From the NCBI GenBank assembly GCA_973895155.1, contig OZ316897.1:2297312-2361311 (forward strand): a stretch of 64,000 nt of DNA, in the 5' to 3' direction. A program made the position numbers and the translations under genes. Within the stretch, counting starts at the first letter, position 1. Every line of letters starts with the position of its first letter. The notes under the pieces are model-generated. The model searched no databases. It was not told the origin of the DNA and saw only the letters and a program-made list of their open reading frames with translations. Positions 62,858 through 64,000 of this stretch are shown piece after piece. The DNA comes from Marsupella aquatica (lineage: Eukaryota > Plantae > Marchantiophyta).

Positions 62858-64000
62858 CTCTTATTTCCCTTTCCTCTAATGACCTGTTACCTTCAATTCA
62901 GCTGCATCAATCTCCCTACCAAACCTACCCTGTTGATTTCTGTTCCCTGCCTGTCAAGCTCGCGTCGACCGCAAAGACCAACCCCTCTATCCCCTTGCGA
63001 ACAAATATCAGTCCTTGTGCCTCCTACTTGCCATGAGAAATCCAACTGAAGCCGTTCTGCTCCGCAACACGCCCACTCCTGGTGCCCACTTGAGAAGATA
63101 TGAAGACAGAAGTCATGCACAAATTCCAAACCCAGAGAGACCACTCCTTGGAAAATGCTGTCAGGGAAGGCATCAACACCCCACCAGGCCCCCGCCAGTC
63201 TATTTCAAAAAGGAACAGACTTCTATATAGGGAAACGCCTCATAGCGCCTCAGCACAACGTCCTCAAACGCCTGTGCTTCACCTAGCAACCGCCGAAGCG
63301 TACAACCTCCCTTCCGCTTCCTCCCTGTCTGCAACCGGAAACAAAAATCCTGCCAAGCAAGAAGCACAAGGACGACCCTGCGTACCTTCTGCAGGGTAGG
63401 AATTTTTTCCAGTCTTACAGGTACTGTAGGAGTTGCAAGCAGGTGGGCGACGCAGAGTAGCAAAAAACTCTGGAGAACTGCTCACAGCAAGCCTGAAGAG
63501 GTCTCCTCCAGGACTACTCAAACAGAGCTAACAAACCCCGGGGAGGACGGGTATGATACAGGAATGGTGATGAACTGATGATATGGCACTGCAGTCGGCA
63601 GTCCCGAGTTTGATGTGAGCCAGTCAGACAGGTGCACCAACAACAGCAAAGTGGAAGAACAGGTCATCGATCAGTGGTAATTTCGCCAGACGGCCAGTTT
63701 GTCAGACCCACCTTTACCCGTCCAGTATAGTGCGCAACAGCATGAACATGAATCGGCACTACTGTGTAGAATTTAGCCAAGAATCTACCAATCGAAGTCG
63801 TTCGTCTAGAATATGGACGGATGACGTTAACACAGCTCGAACATTCGCGCAACCGCCAGGCAGCCGCGCAACGTCGAAAAGCAGAATTGTCCAGGAGTGC
63901 TAGTTTCCTGCATGGAAAAAGCAGCTTTACATTAAAGAATGTCCTGTAGGCCTGTTGTTCGTTAGGTTTTTCTACCGTTCTCTCCTCCGCACCACACCAC

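Noticed and set aside
62860-64000. Short ORFs at the window end
   Set aside because: No domain similarity was recognised. Probably the 5' UTR, intron or promoter of LPP delta.

Overview
Eukaryotic, intron-rich plant nuclear DNA; a non-seed land plant (bryophyte/lycophyte-like) is inferred from gene and TE style, not proven. Bases 1-25.6 kb are a nested transposon graveyard. They hold two copies of a CRE-clade non-LTR retrotransposon (restriction-like endonuclease type) and a complete 9.8-kb CACTA element (33-bp TIRs, ACA TSD) inserted into a decayed Crypton/DUF3504-type tyrosine-recombinase element. They also hold a Copia-type solo LTR, Helitron derivatives and MITEs. Bases 26-64 kb carry host genes: a DBP5/LOS4 DEAD-box helicase, a PES-type esterase/acyltransferase with an exact in-frame 282-bp duplication, an intronless A1 aspartic protease, a small secreted Cys-rich protein of fungal appearance, a frameshifted GH81 beta-glucanase and lipid phosphate phosphatase delta. 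A MULE, more Helitrons and a third CRE fragment lie between these genes. The best candidate for something new is the CACTA element, in which an intact EDM2-like triple-PHD chromatin-reader ORF sits where the N-terminal part of the TnpD transposase should be. All family assignments come from motifs recognised by eye; no searches were run.
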